From: Tubiluchus corallicola
Lineage: Eukaryota > Animalia > Priapulida
Direction: 5' to 3'
Assembly (NCBI GenBank): GCA_030141605.1
Contig: JAQGDQ010002011.1
Span: 1 to 17,901 of the forward strand
Length of the DNA: 17,901 nucleotides
A program made the translations under genes and the position numbers. Below the pieces are notes generated by a model, which had not been told where the DNA came from, did no database searches, and saw only the letters and a program-made list of their open reading frames with translations. Shown here one piece after another: positions 1 through 17,901 of the stretch. Position 1 is the first letter of the stretch; each line of letters begins with the position of its first letter.

Positions 1-941
1 CTAGCCACACAGATGGCACCACTGACGGAAGCGACACGTGTGCTTGTAACACGCAATGAAGTTGTAATATAGCTTAATACTAGCGACACAGATGGCGCCA
101 CTGACGGAGTGACACGTGTGCTTGTAACACGCAATGAAGTTGTAATATAGCTTAATACTAGCGACACAGATGGCGCCACTGACGGAAGTGACACGTGTGC
201 TTGTAACACGCAATAAAGTTGTAATATAGCTTAATACTAGCGACACAGATGGCGCCACTGGCGGAAGTGACACGTGTGCTTGTAACACACAATGAGGTTG
301 TAATATAGCTTAATACTAGCGACACAGATGGCGCCACTGACGGAGTGACACGTGTGCTTGTAACACGCAATGAAGTTGTAATATAGCTTAATACTAGCGA
401 CACAGATGGCGCCACTGACGGAGTGACACGTGTGCTTGTAACACGCAATGAAGTTGTAATATAGCTTAATACTAGCGACACAGATGGCGCCACTGACGGA
501 GTGACACGTGTGCTTGTAACACGCAATGAAGTTGTAATATAGCTTAATACTAGCGACACAGATGGCGCCACTGACGGAGTGACACGTGTGCTTGTAACAC
601 GCAATGAAGTTGTAATATAGCTTAATACTAGCGACACAGATGGCGCCACTGACGGAGTGACACGTGTGCTTGTAACACGCAATGAAGTTGTAATATAGCT
701 TAATACTCGCGACACAGTTGGCGCCACTGACGGAAATGACACGTGTGCTTGTAACACGCAATGAAGTTGTAATATAGCTTAATACTAGCCACACAGATGG
801 CACCACTGACGGAAGCGACACGTGTGCTTGTAACACGCAATGAAGTTGTAATATAGCTTAATACTAGCGACACAGATGGCGCCACTGACGGAGTGACACG
901 TGTGCTTGTAACACGCAATGAAGTTGTAATATAGCTTAATA
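1..941. repeat. 78/79-bp satellite array, 12 units in window, open at the left edge
   Basis: Unit CTAGCGACACAGATGGCGCCACTGACGGA(A)GTGACACGTGTGCTTGTAACACGCAATGAAGTTGTAATATAGCTTAATA starts at 1, 80, 158, 237, 316, 394, 472, 550, 628, 706, 785, 864. Confidence 0.97.
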
Positions 942-1009
942 GAGTTATAATCCAATGCAATCTAAGCATCTGGAAGTAAGATTTTAAGCATACCAGCGTG
1001 GCAACTTAC

Positions 1010-16954
<15,945 letters not shown>

Positions 16955-17010
16955 CTGCAATTAAATAATACTAAATTTTGTACACCTTTTCACAATTTAA
17001 ATTTGTGAAG

Positions 17011-17420
17011 CGACCATCAGATATTTGGTTTGCAAACCACCATCAGATATTTGGTTTGCAAACGACCATCGGGTATTTGGTTTGCAAACGACCATCAGAT
17101 ATTTGGTTTGCAAATGACCATCAGATATTTGGTTTGCAAACGACCATTAGATATTTAGTTTGCAAACGACCATCGGGTATTTGGTTTGCAAACGACCATC
17201 AGATATTTGGTTTGCAAACGACCATCGGGTATTTGGTTTGCAAACGACCATCGGGTATTTGGTTTGCAAACGACCATCAGATATTTGGTTTGCAAATGAC
17301 CATCAGATATTTGGTTTGCAAACGACCATCAGATATTTGGTTTGCAAACGACCATCGGGTATTTGGTTTGCAAACGACCATCAGATATTTGGTTTGCAAA
17401 TGACCATCGGGTATTTGCAA
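17011..17420. repeat. 26-bp minisatellite, about 15-16 copies, two main variants
   Basis: Unit CGACCATC(AGA/GGG)TATTTGGTTTGCAAA. Confidence 0.97.
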
Positions 17421-17590
17421 AAAACTGCTGCCCAAGAGAGAAGAATTGACAACACACAAATCATAAAACAAGGAGTCCACACCGGACTGGTGCAAAAAGC
17501 TATTGAGTTATCAAAGACTGCCACTGAAACAGATGAGGATGGCGCAGTTTGGTATTGCAATTTTCGGATTTTTCACCGTAGAATAATTTT

Positions 17591-17668
17591 TATGTGGTAC
17601 AGTTTAAGTGGTATAGTTTATGTGGTACAGTTTAAGTGGTATAGTTCATGTGGTATACAGTTTATATG
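17591..17668. repeat. Short 14/15-bp tandem repeat
   Basis: TATGTGGTACAGTT / TAAGTGGTATAGTT alternating, about 5 units. Confidence 0.85.
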
Positions 17669-17901
17669 GGATAGAGCCATTCGTTGTTTTAATTGCCCAA
17701 TCGTAAACTCAGCATTTGCAGACTAGATTGGATTAGCTTTGGAGGAGGATCTAGGTTTTTTGGATCTACAGTGGCGGATCGATGACTTGGGAGTTTGGGA
17801 TCTACACATCAGGACTATTCAGTAAGAAAATGCCTTAATACTTTATTAACATCAACTCACAACGGGCCAGAGAAGGAGCTTACAATTCCCCACACAATTT
17901 A

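Noticed and set aside
1-969. ORFs 1..288, 158..757, 237..836 and 700..969; CRISPR-like regularity
   Set aside because: These are translations of a 78/79-bp satellite; units are contiguous with no unique spacers and the context is eukaryotic.
16978-17726. ORFs over the 26-bp repeat and the unique tail KTAAQERRIDN...AVWYC
   Set aside because: Mostly repeat translation. The tail may be a TE fragment, but I cannot assign it, and I found no convincing phase-1 exon here for the PKD1-like gene.

Overview
AT-rich, repeat-laden eukaryotic DNA, most likely from an invertebrate animal (animal-type 5S sequence, GT-AG introns, LINE/SINE/MITE debris). The main content is largely invisible in the ORF track: an internal part of a minus-strand gene that I reconstructed by hand as 11 GT-AG exons with matching phases (16830-16954, 15787-15912, 13585-13679, 11447-11600, 10081-10231, 8499-8587, 6333-6492, 4265-4413, 2590-3496, 1772-1876, 1010-1157; 2209 nt, about 735 codons, no stop; start and end lie outside the window). 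It encodes a polycystin-1-like (PKD1L/REJ family) protein: GAIN-A helices, GAIN-B strands, then a PLAT/LH2 domain. The architecture is atypical in two ways. A 216-aa, 32-cysteine module with mirror-symmetric Cys spacing is inserted just before the GPS position. The GPS-like segment then stops after C...W and splices straight into PLAT, with no CxCxHL/T cleavage motif and no TM1. The introns hold a 5S rRNA-derived SINE (SINE3-like) with an 11-bp TSD, two truncated LINE 3' ends, TTAA-bounded and fold-back DNA elements, two dispersed inverted repeat pairs, several minisatellites (78/79, 72, 48, 26 bp), degenerate TTAGGG tracts and GA/CT microsatellites. Family assignments come from motif recognition only; no database search was run.
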